64,000 bases of DNA from Marsupella aquatica (lineage: Eukaryota > Plantae > Marchantiophyta), in contig OZ316894.1 of assembly GCA_973895155.1 (NCBI GenBank), forward strand, positions 13,060,828-13,124,827. Direction: 5' to 3'. The stretch's first letter is position 1. Every line of letters starts with the position of its first letter. Shown piece by piece: positions 1 through 13,234 of this stretch. The notes beneath the pieces are model-generated. The model had not been told where the DNA came from. It did no database searches and worked only from the letters and a program-made list of their open reading frames with translations. The position numbers were made by a program, and so were the translations under genes.

Positions 1-21
1 TCTTCAAAGAAGCGACCTGCT

Positions 22-2385
22 ATGACTCCTGAGCCTACCGAGCCCAGTGCTACAAAGTCAAAAAAGAAGACTTTGGAGAAAATTCCAACGCATTTGGAGC
101 AAAAGGCTCAATCAATGTCAATGGATGCACGGGTATTGTACCAGGAGGAGATTCTGGGAAGATGTGGTGTTCAAGAGGAGACCATGACCGTTGACATTGG
201 TCAACTTTACCCTCCAGTGAGAGAGAAGGCTGTGGGCTTGCCCATTTACCAGGTCCGACACATCCAACCATATTTCTTGACCCAATTGACCTTGCGGATG
301 AAGACTGTAGGTGCCAGTCCACTTGCAGCTCCGTTTGTCCTCTTGGTGGATCCGAAGGAGTGTGCTACTAGGCAAGACTTTGATTTTTCAAGGAAAGCTG
401 ATTACCATTATTATGTGATTGGGGGCAACCATTCAGCCTGTGCCAAAGCAGACCTTGCTCTTCAGTTCCCTAACAACAAGGCATTTCGGAGAGTGCAATC
501 TTGGATATTTGCGGGATTGAGTGTGCAAGAGGCAAGAAACCTTGCGTGGAGTCACAATATTGATTCTGAATTTCGACAACAGATGACGACAATCCAGAGA
601 GTAAATTATATTCACATGAGATTTGTTGAGAATGGATTGTCGTCCAACCAGGATTTCAAGAAAGAGTGTGCTACTGAAATCAATCTCAAGGATTGGGGTG
701 TACGAAAGGATGCTGAGGTTCTTAATGCCAATGATAACCTATTTCAGTTGGCATTCCGACAAGATCCTGTGTGGTCATTTGTGAGGCAGATTTGTGACAA
801 GTGGGAGATGTGTGAGATCAAAGGTCAAAAAGGAGACAAAGGCAAGAAGAAAGTCTCTAAGTCTGGAGATGCCAAATTGCCTTATGAGGACATGAAATTA
901 ACAGAGTGGAGACACATGCAGGCCTTGAAAGATCCTGATATGATTTGCCCAGTGTTACAGAGAGTTCTTACTAAAGAACTCTCTTTACAGGAAATGGGTC
1001 ACGAATTTACTCGACACAAATTTCAGATGCAGGTGCAGAAGGCCTTCCTCACGTGTCTACACGAGGAGAGTTGGTCATGTTGTAAAACCAAGTACCCTGA
1101 GCATTGCACGGACAATGTGCTTAAGAATTTCGTACCTGTTTTCCAGACATGGGTAAGATTCTGTCACCTTTCTTCGAATGATTGTTTGAATTCATTTAAT
1201 ATTTGGAATCCTTGTTTCTAATTCTACAGTTCCTTTTTGTAGAAAGATACCACCTCCCGGAAAAAGAAGGGAGATGAGGAAGGCAAAGATCTCAAGTCAT
1301 TCCCGGACAAATTCAATGCGCATATTGTGCAAGCCCAAAATTGGCTATCCATGAAGACTTCTAGTCGGCAAACCCAAGAGGGGGAACTTCATCCAAATTC
1401 GTTTGAGCATCCAGAGTTTGGTGATGTGCACTATGATATTTTTACTCATGATGCTCAGCGATTACATGAGGTGGTTCCGGGTCGGGCTTACACATTAGCT
1501 TTAGTGGATATTCCCTACGGGTTTGCATTGCCTGGATGTCTTCATGAAGACACTATTGGATGGGGAACTGAGGAGATCACAAAAATGGTCCAATCGTTCA
1601 AGGTGGCTACTACTGCAAAGTTGTGGCGTATTATCATTCACCACAGCCTTGACCAATATGAGGCCATCAAGACCGTTTTGAAAGCGGAGTGTAATGGAGG
1701 GTTCCAGAATTGTGTGTGGTAAGAATTTTTTTTTTGTTGAAAAAAACAACTATTAGTTATTCATGATTTCATGAACCATGTTTCTCAGTTTAAATAACTC
1801 CTTGACTTTTTGTGACTTTTCAGGGTTAAGGATAATGTGAAGAATGCTGGTGGACCAAGATTGAACAGCAACTTTGAGTGCTTTACAATTGGCTTTCACA
1901 GCCAGGATGGTAAACGGTCATTGGAGCACTTCAATTTTGACACAAATGAATCAAGGAACAATGTGGTTGTATGCGCAGCTGTGACTAAGAAGCTGAAACA
2001 CAACGGGGATAACAAGGCAGTGAATGTTTATCAGAAACCACGTGCATTGTTAGATTGGGAAGTGAGTCATTTTAGTCAGGTTGGAGACTGGGTTTTGGAT
2101 ATTTGTTCAGGATCAGGGACTGGGACAACCTCCTCCTTGGCCATGGGGAGACATTGCGTTGCCATTGAGATTGACGAGCGACAGAGCAGTGTGTTGAAAG
2201 GGAGGATTCTCAACCTTGCAGATAACATTGAAGAGGAAGACGGACAGGGGGAGATGGATGAGGAGAGTGAGGAAGACATTCCTCAGGCCGGAGAGGATAG
2301 CGTGGTTGACGATGCCACAATTGTTCCAGAATTGACGACAGGGACTTCCGGAACCGAGGAAGGGGAAGCGGTCCCTTTGGATTAG
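22..2385 (+). CDS. Spliced ParB/Srx-like domain + beta-class N4C/N6A DNA methyltransferase (N6_N4_Mtase-like), ~722 aa from the ATG at 22; may extend 5' beyond the window
   Basis: Exons 22-1152, 1243-1718 and 1824-2385 are joined by GT-AG introns (gtaag at 1153 and 1719; ttttgtag 1242; ttttcag 1823) that keep frame with no stops. N-terminal YYVIGGNHS resembles a ParB motif. Catalytic motif IV LVDIPYG is DPPY-like, followed by YQKP and SAM-binding VLDICSGSGT..GRHCVAIE, the beta-class order. Acidic tail. The frame is open from base 1. Confidence 0.85.
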
Positions 2386-2649
2386 ACTAGATAAATAGAG
2401 GGACTCGTAGCATTTGAAACCACTTGGGCTTAAGTTGGGTTATATTTTGTAAAACTTTGAGTTTGACTTAAACTCTGATCGATGAGTTTGATTTTGATTA
2501 CTTTTATAAAGTGCATATTTCAAGGTTTATACAATTGTGAGAATATCATATAAGATATGCTTAGATTTTGGTGGTAAAATTCTCTTGAGTCTAGTTTGGA
2601 AAATACATACCATTTTTTGGTGGTTTTTTGGTATACACTTTTTAATATC

Positions 2650-4069
2650 ATGAAGATTTTGAAAAGAGAAATAAGGCTTTGGACTCATCCCTTAAGGCTT
2701 CTTGTTCAGGGGGTCATTCTGTCATTTCTTGTTCAGTCCATTCATCCCTTTGCCCTAAGACATAGTTGTGGAGTAGTGCACATGCGCGATACCTACACAT
2801 CCACACATTATCCTTTTTCTCATTAAGTTGTGTCCTAATTTCTTTTAGAGAAAACCAACAAGATTTAAGAACACCTATGCAGTGTTCGTTGACATATCTG
2901 GTCTTTGCAATACATGTATTCCAATCCTCCTTGTCTTTGCGCCCAAATGTATTTTTGTATGCTGCCACCATGTGGGGCGCGTTCACGTAACCAGAATCCC
3001 CAATACGATACTATCCCAGATCAAAGGCAGACTCTCCATGAATTTTTTCCCAAAGCATGTTCCTTTTCAGGACTGTGATGTCTGAACAAGACCCTGGCAT
3101 ACCTGTCAAACACAATGCAAGAATTGGCCAGGAAAGATTAGCCAAGGGAATTCCATACAGGTCTGGTAGTTCTGAAAATGAAAACAGGAATGAAACTTCA
3201 ATTCAGTGCAAAATTATTGGATTGCAGGCTTCACCTGCACTTAGGAAAATGATTTTCGTTTTATGGTCACATACAACCTGTGCGTTGATGGAGTACCGTG
3301 ATTTCCTATCGAAATAACATTCCCCATGATTTTTGGGACGCTGAGTCAAAGGCAATGTTGTTTCGTCAATCAAGCCTACACAGCCCTGGAAGCCTTTCTT
3401 TGCAAATTCATCTGAGATTTGTACCCTCTCTATCCTATCTGGCCATTTCAGCAAATCACCAAGGGATGACTCTAACGCAGTCATGCATCAAACTGTGTAG
3501 TTCACACAAGATCCTACGCTAACACCCCAGAGAAGCAGTGTTCTCTTTAGACAGACTCCATTTCCTGTATGTCCCAACCTATCTCAACATGTGGCTAATT
3601 GGAGTGATAAAGGAGCCTGCTCATGTCGTGAATTATTCAGAAATACCGGATGTAATTCAATCATCTGGAGGAGAACAAAGAAGGCTTCTTTGTCCATCCT
3701 ACAAATTTGTCTAAAGTCACTTTGGGGAAGGACAGTCCTGAAAAATGTGTCTGCAAATTCTTTTGCCCTAAGTGTTTTAGAACGTTTCTGAAAATACCTC
3801 TCACTATCCAACACAACATACAATTCCAACCAATGGGATGGTTTGGCATTTACATCTGTCGGATCAGTAGATATTCCATCATGTGAATCTAAAGATGAAT
3901 CACAATCACTATCTGTATCTGGAGTCATGAAGCCACTAGTGACTGAGGAGGTATCAGATGAAGCACTCGTGCCCTCCTCTTCACTACTGGAGCTGTCCAT
4001 CATGATACTGAAATAAAGATTCTCACGAACCCATTTCAAACATTGCTGCCAATTGGAGACCTTTGGCAT
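2650..4069 (-). pseudogene. PIF/Harbinger (DDE_Tnp_4/HARBI1-like) transposase, inactivated
   Basis: Motifs FRQICRM, GCVGLID, YFDRKSRYSINAQVVCD, GMPGSCSD, IGDSGY and EHCIGVLKS-W. One intron at ~3103-3235. In-frame stops at 3584, ~3488 and ~3010. Confidence 0.88.
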
Positions 4070-4329
4070 GATTGTTCAATTAAACGGAACTTCTGACCCG
4101 TACACTGCAAGGGAGCACATATATAGGATGGTCAACTTACATAAACAAATTAAAAATGCACCACGTGCTTTCCATTTCAAAAATTTCTGTGTCACATACA
4201 TAGTTTACTGAAAAAACCAAAAGAAGTGTGACAGAGATTTAGCAGGACATGAAGTCTAAAGCCTCTAATTTGAACTGTCGCGAGAATGAACTCAGAATCC
4301 CAAGGGCCTCAGTCTACTCAATTCAGACT

Positions 4330-4360
4330 GAAGTTAGTCGATTAGATAGTCAAGCGGGCC
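4330..4360. mobile_element. Candidate right terminal inverted repeat of the Harbinger element
   Basis: ...tagtCAAGCGGGCC resembles PIF ends (CAAACGGGCC) and lies ~290 bp upstream of the transposase ATG. It is followed by TTG, not a perfect TWA, and the partner TIR is not in the window. Confidence 0.4.
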
Positions 4361-4469
4361 TTGCAGAGAATGTGTGATCAGGTGATGGACAAAAGTAGAT
4401 AGGGAAGCTTTTCAGCTACGTGTCTTTTCATGACTGAATGACACTCATTGTTCCTTGTTTGTCACAGGC

Positions 4470-5380
4470 TCACAACCTCTCAAGCTGTTGTATCGGCGAG
4501 TCCTCTTTGGGCCCCCTTTCGTATGAGTTCTTTTATTTTTACCACATCCACGCGCCTTCGGTTGGGTCTTCCTCACCCTTGCCTCTTGGGTCAGCCCACT
4601 TGCGTCTGTGGAGCGCCCCTTGATGGGCAAGGCATTCACATTCTCAGGTGCGGTCATGGTAGTGAGAGGACTGCGACACACGACGACATTCGGGACGTGG
4701 TGGCGGCCATTGCTCGTGATTCTGGTTACCATGTCATGATGGAGCAGAGACATGTGTTACCTCCACGGGATGGGTTTCTGATCGTCGTCGAGCAGATTTG
4801 GTATTCTCTCGCGCTGATGTTCGTGCCCTTGGGGATGTCATTGTTGCTGATCCGACTAGTGGGGCCAACGTGGCTTCGGCGGCTCATGTACCAGGCCATG
4901 CCGCCGCGAGGGCAGCTCGGCTGAAGGAGGAGGCCTATGCTGTGCGGTACCCCGGGGACCTCTTCCATCCGTTTGCCGTGGAGGTCTTTGGGGCGCTACA
5001 CCCATCCTTTGACCGTTTTCTTCGCTCTTGCGCAGTTCAGTATGTTGAGCAGAGGCCCTATCCCCCTGTGTCAGTCATCACTGCATTCTTTAGACAGAGG
5101 GTGCCTGTTGCGCTTCAGCGGGCATAGGCGTTCACTATTCTTCATAGGGGGGAGGCTGTTGGTTTTAGGGCCGCTAGTAGGATTCCTTTGCTTGACCCCC
5201 CCATGCAGTTCACACCGGAGCTTTACCAGGCTCTCCAGCTTGCTGATAGGTAGGCGTTTGGGTTCCTGTCTTTGGGTTTGCTTTTCTTGGCCCCTTGGTG
5301 GTCTCCCCCTTGATTGGGTCTTTTGTTCATGTCTCCTGATTGTGTGCCCTCTGTTTTTTGGCAGTTTGATATACTTTGTA
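4470..5380 (+). mobile_element. 5'-truncated non-LTR retrotransposon with CCHC knuckle and restriction-like endonuclease (CRE/R2-group)
   Basis: RLRLGLP..CVCG..HILRC..H is followed, across a frameshift, by RAD..LGDVIVADP..LKEEAY..FHPFAVEVFG, the RLE signature. Confidence 0.7.
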
Positions 5381-6571
5381 TAACTATGGAGATGTACGGT
5401 GATGTTAACACATCGGAGGACACGGTAATTATGACGACAGTCCTAATCGTAATCACGGACTTCGTCCCATCGGACGTGCCTGAAGTCTCACCTCATACCG
5501 TAGGGATTGGTACCACGTTGTTACGACGGGTTTTGCTGTCGCTCACCTCTGTGATGCGACAGTAGATAGACCATGGTGAAACTGCTTTGTTTCATGGACC
5601 GTGGAAGAAGGGACGAGCGGAATGTTTGGGACTTTGTGGGTCCTGAGTTAGGTTTGTGAGATTACCTGATAGGTAGAAACGATGTACTCATTTTCACGTT
5701 TTGTCGCGATTTGGAGTACGCTTCACTCGGACAAGTTGATGACGGAGAAGCAGATTTCTTTGAAACACTCTCCTGTTTTTAGTAGGTTTTAGCTCTTAGA
5801 GTTGTACTGGACCCTCTCGTTCCCAACTAATGTTTTGTATGTATGGGAATGTTGATTATTTTCTCCTGATTGCGCCGTACACCGCGCGCTCGAGTTGGAT
5901 GATTTCTTCTCCGTCTGACACCTTTCAACAGTTGCGTGGAGCGGAGGGGAGTTCTCCATACACCAGGTTGCAATAGACTGATGACAGGAGCAAGAGTACG
6001 GAGACAGCACGATTAGAACAGCTTATTGAAGAAATTGCATGCCCGACTTTAAGTTCTGGCCGTAGAGTCACCGTATTGTTTCCACACTCAAAGCAGGAAT
6101 GTTGAGTATGTAGAATGTAAATCGAACGTCACACCATGTGTGCATGCGGTGAGACTTGCCTATCAGGCAATAGATACGAAGGCCAAGAATGTTAGTGAGC
6201 CTGGCAAGCCAAGTTCGATCTGAAAAAGTTAATACATTGACTAGGAGTGTAAAACTATGTCGACGGAGTTCCGTAATGTGGGAAAAAAATGAATGGGGAA
6301 TTTGCGGTTTCATGCGAGGGACGAAAGGTGTACTTTGTCAGACGCAGAAATCACCGGGGTAAACTATTGTCAAATTTGTCGATTGTCGGTAGAATGGTCC
6401 TGCACCCTTCTGCCAATGCGAGAGACGAGTCCCTGCTAGCCACTATTCTGGTTTCATCTTAGGCCTCGCTAAAGTCGGAGTGGTCTGCAAATCTTACCTC
6501 GAAAGGTATGGTCCTCGGAAGCTAGCACGAAAAAGCGAGAGTGTGTTGCTTTGACAGCAGCTCTAGTCAAC

Positions 6572-9311
6572 ATGGGGGTAGTTCGCGCTGACGCGCACGA
6601 AGGCAACGGAGACGAATGCAGGATGGGTGAGGACGTCCTCCCCTCACCACTCGGGAAATGTACCAGGGACAAAAGACGTTTAATGGCTACTGCAGTGCCG
6701 ACTACTGACTCATCGGACGGAAGTAGGACTCCCAGTAGCTGGGTAACCACTTCTGTGGCGATCAACTGTTTCCTCCTCGTCGCGGTGATATATCACGAAT
6801 GGTCACGAAGTCAAGCCACCAAGGGAGTCAGTTACAATGCTGTCTATCCTGTGAAGAGCGAAATCTCCCCAATTATCAGAATGCCGCAGGTTGGGACAAG
6901 TGACCCGTGCTCAGGGCATGGGATTTACGAGACTGAATACGAAACTGGATGTGGTGCTTGCCGATGCCACCCATGCTTTACCGGCCCCGATTGCTCATTG
7001 CTTGATAATGGCTGCATTATTGACCTTTATCAGTATGTATCTGTTGCATTTGAGGTTTAAATGAGATACACTTACTGTGCAATCCAGCTGTTGGATGGAA
7101 TCCTCGCGGACTTTTTTTGTTTTTTTGCCTTGAAAAATCATTTGGAATCCTCGCGGACTTGGATAGATAATATGCCAGAATCGTGGACGTGTTTTCGCGC
7201 GACGATTCTTTAAATTTTGTTACATTGTAGACAATGTTTAGATTCTAGACAAGGTTCTTGAAAGCGGTCACTAATTTCTTGCATCGTACGATATGGTCGA
7301 AGTAGCCACATTCAGTCTGGGGGAGTAGAGAATCCGCTGTTTTGTTCTAATTGTCAGCTTTTTCGGCCATGCGTACTGAAGCCTGCCAGGAGGACAGTGA
7401 GAAGCTACGAGCATGATTCAACAATTTGGATTGAGTGCGGGAAGCGAAAGTCGGTACTTGTCAAGGCTGCCGCGTCTACTTTCTTAGTTTCCTTAGTCTG
7501 ATCATTGGACTGTCAGTAACTCAGCTAGTTTGCTCGCATGAATCTATTGCAGAGGAGATCCGACCATGTTTGAGAAGTATTGGTTGCTCAATGGAGATTC
7601 TTGCACAACGGTTATTCTGGGGTGGCAGCGGATGAGCTACTATGCCAATAGTAAGCAGTTCTTCTTTGTTCAGACCGAGCTGGATCTAGAGATCCGGTCT
7701 TTGCACGAAGTTGTAGGGAATGCTGTCACGGAAGGACGGAATATCGTCGTTGGTGTTGGATCCACTCAACTTTTCCAAGCTGCACTGTATGCCCTCGCAT
7801 CTCCGAGTCGTTCTACACCGACAAGTGTCGTATCCCTGGCTCCATATTACTCAGTACGGCCCATTCAATCAGAAATAGCTTGAAAAAGAGACTTACTCTT
7901 GGTCCCATGTGTCGCTTGATCTCTTTCTTGCTGAGTTGTAGTGTGATTTACCAGTGAAGGTACTTGTTGTTGTGGCTGCCGTATGTGTGTACGTGTTGCG
8001 CTCCTGTGACAAACTGTCAGATGTGACTTGCAGTCATACCCAACCATAACAGATTACCTTAGGTCTGCGCTATATAGGTGGGCTGGCGATGCTGCCAATT
8101 TCAAGCAGATATCTAAAGAAGATCCCTACATTGAGCTGGTGACCACGCCAAACAATCCAACAGGCGAACTTCGACACCCTGTCGTGAACGGGATTGGTGC
8201 TGTTGTACATGATCTAGCCTATTACTGGCCTCATTACATTCCCATTTCGGCTCCTGCTGATGATGAATTAATGCTCTTCACAGTGTCCAAGAGCACTGGG
8301 CATGCCGGTACCAGAATTGGGTGAGGAGCTGCGCTACATGTAATTCTGAGCTTACCTCTGTGATTTCTTGCCCGTAAGGGATTGTGGTTAAGCCACTCAT
8401 GCTCACTGTGCACCTTATGCAATGCACTTATTTTCAACACAGCAAGCAAGATATGCTCAGTAAAACTAAAGTTTTGATTGTCAGATGGGCGATTGTGAAG
8501 GACATTAGAGTGGCGCAGAAGATGGCTAAGTTCATTGAACTGAACACTATAGGGGTATCAAAAGATGCTCAAATTCGGGCGACCCAGATCTTGAGATCCG
8601 TAAAGAAGTCTTACAGTGGGGTCGAAGATAACCGTCTCGGAGCTCCCCAGAGGACAATGTCCGAAAAGGTGGAGTCATATGTGGAGAAGCAAGCTTTGTT
8701 TCATTTTGGTGCTTCGGAAATGACTTACAGATGGCTACGGCTTCGATCTGCACTGGGATCGGGTGTGCATTTTAGCTTACCCGAATTTGAACCATCGTTC
8801 TGCCATTTCTTCAAACAGATACGAACTCCAACTCCAGGTACTTTGGCCGAACCAAGAACACGTAATACCCGGTAACAGCAACGGTTTAGTAATGAAAGGT
8901 TGGTTCCATTTCTGTATTGCCAGGTTGACTTACTAAATCATGTGTGCATGAACTGGTCATGTTTTATCCTCTCGGTTATTTGCATTTCTTAAATGAGGGG
9001 AGAAAATCTGTGAAAAGCGGGTCTGGGCTGGGGAGTCCTGCAGCAGTGTTGCGTCCGTGGCTTCACTGCACAGTTTGCGGGAAAGCTAGCCCCTCATTTT
9101 GAGCATGTCTTTCTTGTGTACGACAGCATTTGCGTGGCTTCGATGCAACCAGGAAGAGGACTGCGAAAAGTTCCTCAAAGTTCATAGTATTTTGACGCGC
9201 AGCGGTGTTCACTTCGGAGCTGAGCCCAATTTTGTACGACTTAGTATGATAGATAGGCGCAGTAGCTTTGAAATCGTAATTAGTCGATTAGAAGCACTGG
9301 AGCTAGCCTAA
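6572..9311 (+). CDS. TAR: Tryptophan aminotransferase TAA1/TAR family (PLP-dependent, alliinase fold) with N-terminal TM segment and EGF-like domain, ~528 aa
   Basis: Exons 6572-7032, 7553-7853, 8034-8320, 8485-8837 and 9127-9311, all GT-AG, total 1587 nt in frame. Motifs [55 protein letters not shown] and the PLP lysine in [16 protein letters not shown]. Confidence 0.95.
7096..7160 (-). mobile_element. Micro-insertion of a LINE 3' tail with 18-bp TSD in TAR intron 1
   Basis: tggaatcctcgcggactt at 7096-7113 and 7143-7160 flanks a 29-bp T-rich insert. Confidence 0.65.
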
Positions 9312-10379
9312 GAGATTCGTGGATGCATTAGTCGGATCTGTTTCCAAGTTGAACCGATAATTTGATGGTTCCAAAATGGACCGTCTCGTGTGACTTTACA
9401 TCGCGAGGTAGCATTAACACCTTGAAACAGCGAGGAGTGATTCAACTTCTAGAGAAAATAAATATATTTGTGAGGTTTGATTTTCGGTTCTGTGACCCGA
9501 AATCGTTGGTTTTAGCTTCTCGACCCTCAACGAGTTCGTACTCACCGTAATGCCCCTAGAAGACCTGACCTGGCAGCACAGTCAAATATTCACCCATCAG
9601 GTATGAACTTGGCACTCTGCTAGAACAGACGATAGATGCGATGAAACCCAATTTAGAAATGATTTAGAGCCGGGTGCATGGCGTGGATTGAAAGGATGGG
9701 CGTACAAGCTTCTTGATCCTTCGCTTTGCCCGTTTTACTCAATAAGAACATGGGCATCCGTGTTTGGAATGTCTTCTTCGTCGACAATTTCAATTCCTTT
9801 CTCGCCTTGCTCTCCTTCGTCCACAATTTCAATTCCCTCTCTGGCCGCGCTCAAACATCTTTTGCCATAATCGCATACCTCTTTTCCACGCTCGTCCGGT
9901 TTGAAGAGAATTTCGGCCTTTGCATCGTGGTTGCAAGGCACATTTCCTACTTCAAGGTTCAGAAGCGAAGACACTGCGCAGTGCAGCACCTCGACCCTGT
10001 CCTAACCGGCAAGCTGCAGTGGAATTCTACAAGGATGCGGATGTACTTGATGTATCCACACCAGTGCTTTTTTAGAGGCCTAAACAAAGTCTTCGCCGCT
10101 TTTGTTTAGAATTTGCCAGACTTTTTGGTCGTCCTTTAGGTCATGTCAAAGCTCTATCATACGAAAAAGGCTTTAATGCTAGGACAGATCGAGGACATGC
10201 CCCGTTGATGGGAGCAAGGAAATGCCCGTTGATGGGAATTGCCCTGCCAATGACGGTTCCTGTCGGGTCTAATCTCACGTGCAAGTTCCCTGTTTGCTGG
10301 GCATGTAAAATCATCAAATGATAGCCTCAAAATTGAAAGTTTGATGTATATTCTTTGAAATTCCTCTAGACTCCCTCGG

Positions 10380-10800
10380 ACACTTCCTGTACTCCCCAAA
10401 CTCCCCTTGGACTCCCCCGTCTCCCCCTCTTCATAGAGCCAGTCCCCTAGTTTGGGGTTGTAGCCGGGCGGGGCTGGGTTGATGGGTGGGGTTCGGGGGT
10501 CGGCGGCCGGGGTTCGAGGTTTGATGGCCAGGGGTTAGTGGGCAGGGTTTGGGGGTGGGGTCGAGGGTCTAGCAGCTGGAGCCGGGGCCAGGTCAGGGGG
10601 CGGCGTCCACATTCGGGTGGGCGGGGTCTAGCCGGAGTCCAGGTGACGGGTCACAGTGGGGGCCGGGGACTGGGATAGGGGCTAAGCCGGGTTTTAAAAG
10701 GCAGGGGACCGGGATAGGGGCTGGTGCCGGGAATTGGGGGGCGGATTAGGGCTCCAAAGGCCAAGACGAGCTCACGAGGGGGTAGGGTGATTAGCATAAA
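10380..10800. repeat. G-rich low-complexity tract with many G3-G5 runs
   Basis: Strong G skew on the + strand, with repeated ggggcc/ggggt motifs. Confidence 0.6.
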
Positions 10801-12888
10801 AGGGAGAACTAATCCACTCCATAGTTTCACAATTGTATTCCATAGAGAAGCTGAGTCTCATTTTTGTGGTTTCATGTTGTGCATGTTGTTTGTATTAGGT
10901 GAGTTATGAAAAGGAGGCATATAATGAAACTCTTGTACACGCATGCTTGGAGCTCGGCTTGGCCTGCGATAATTCGCACTAGAATTTCTTAATATCGCCT
11001 TAACAATTTGACATCATTATTTTATTAAGTGAAATACTTGCGAGTAAGGAGATACCCATGTGCATATGCTTAGAGTTTTGTCTCAGTCTATGATATTTTA
11101 TATGGGTATCACGATTCCTCGTACATGTGTTCACTTGATAGATACATGGTTATGAAGTTATAGATATTACGTAAGCTGTGGTAAGATGGAGAGTTATCCC
11201 TTGTTTTGATCAGTATTTTTCAAATTCCACTCAAGTGTCCAAAGTGTAAAGGGTCGGGGATGGACCCTACATGTGATTATGTATGTACTCAAGAATCATT
11301 TTGGAATGGTGAGTTTCAACACCAAAAGCACGATGATGTTATTTTCCAAAATACAATACTCATAGAACTCTAATTTACAATAGTGCAAATCAATAATGAG
11401 TCAATTTTTTTGTAGATAGTTAAACCTTTCTCATTCATGTGGCCTAACCATGAATGCCACAATTGAGTCATGTCCTTGTGAGACTTGGTTACATTGGCCT
11501 CTCCACATACAATATTGTCTTGCAATACATACAAATTCGTTTGTCTGTTCCCCTTCAAAATCATTGTATTTCCTAATATGACTTAAATTCATCATCAATA
11601 ACGCCCCATTGATGATCATTTGAATCCAACAAATCAAGTGAAATCAAATTTTTACACATGCCAGGTACAAACCTGACTCTAGACACTATGCGCATAGCGC
11701 CATCTAACATATGAATCTTCACACACCCAATACCCTCAATTCAACAGGAGTGATCATTTCTCATCGAACTGAACCGTTTAAAATAGAGTAAGAACTGAAA
11801 AACTCACAAATGTAGCAAATGTGAAAGGAGCAAGCACAATCAAGAATCCACACATCATATGTTCACCTAGATGAGGTGCATAGGGCCTACCCTTGGCTTC
11901 ATAAGACATAACCATCATTGAGTAAATCAGTTTCTCCATCAACCTTAGTCACATTGGCCAATGAAGACTCAGCTGCCTTGCCCTTACAATCTTGCCTGAA
12001 GTGTCCAACCTTGTTACACTTCCAATATGTCACTTGCCTCCTCTCTGAGGACCTTGGCTTAGATATAGATCTAAAGTGGGTTCTGCGCTTTCCTGTTGAT
12101 CACTGCATACTCTTTCCACGGTTAACATTGAAGGCAATACCAGTCGATGATGAAGGTTGTGACGTTATCTGCATCTTCTATTGAAGATCATCAGTAAGTA
12201 GAGAACTTATCACATCATTATATGATATGATATTCATATCACGATGTAACAACACTTGTGATAAGGAATGATAAGATGGAGACAAACAATTGAGAAGGTG
12301 CAATGCCTTCTTCTCATCATTCACTTCCTTCCCAAGGTTTTTCAAATCAAAACGCATCCACAAGATCCTACAGCTTTGTATCGATTTCCTTCATTCTGAA
12401 ACTCATCAGTTTGTAGGACGTGTAGAGCCGGTTCAACAGCTCTATGTGGTGATACTTCTTGTGCAAAGCCTCAAACAAAGACATGCAATCCTTATGCACA
12501 CCCAATTGCTTGATTATGGGAGGCTGGAGGTAAAGTGTAATATACCACACTCCCTACTCTTGCATTGCCTCCCAGTCTCTCTCCTCAATATTGTCCGTAT
12601 GAGACTTCAACAACTTGCCCATCCACAAAGCATAGAGCACTCCCTTCACCTACTTCTCCCAGAGTAGGTAGTTAGAGCACTCATCAAACTTTGTGAATTC
12701 ATACTTGGGGCCCCAAGCTTGAACGTTCTCATCTTCTTCTTTGTCACTATTGTTAGCTCCGATAGTAAAATTGCTTCCTCCATCACACACCGCACTGGTG
12801 ATGGTATTGGTGTCATGTGCTCTTCCTCTTTCTCTTGCTCCTCTATCTCCACCTCCAACCATAGTAGTGATCCGCGTGCTTCAAGTTC

Positions 12889-13234
12889 TGTTGAGCGTAG
12901 ACGACATTCGTAACGGCAAGCCCATGAACCATCCAACGCACAATAGTCAACATAGAGAGATACGTGGTTCACCTCCACATGAGGCTACGTCCACGGGAAC
13001 ACACAAGAGCTTTACTGCACTCTAGGCCAATCGGCCATACCAAGCATCCACAGCACAAGCTCTCCCTATCTCTCAACTAGCTCCGTAATAATGAGCCTAA
13101 GTTCCACCAGGGTCTGGCATCAGCCCTGGCTATATGCACAACAGCACTACCGCTAACATTAGCTAAGTCCTAACCTGAGTTAGACTAACTGTAGTTAGCT
13201 CATGAGTCAACAAGACTAAGAGCAATATCTAACA
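12889..13234. mobile_element. Solo LTR of the Copia family, 346 bp, TSD AGTTC
   Basis: TG...CA termini with agttc at 12884-12888 and 13235-13239. Similar to the LTRs at 16932 and 31182. Confidence 0.88.

Noticed and set aside
9688-10160. Short ORFs with a duplicated GIEIVDE
   Set aside because: No recognisable domain or splice structure; explained by a local ~36-bp duplication.
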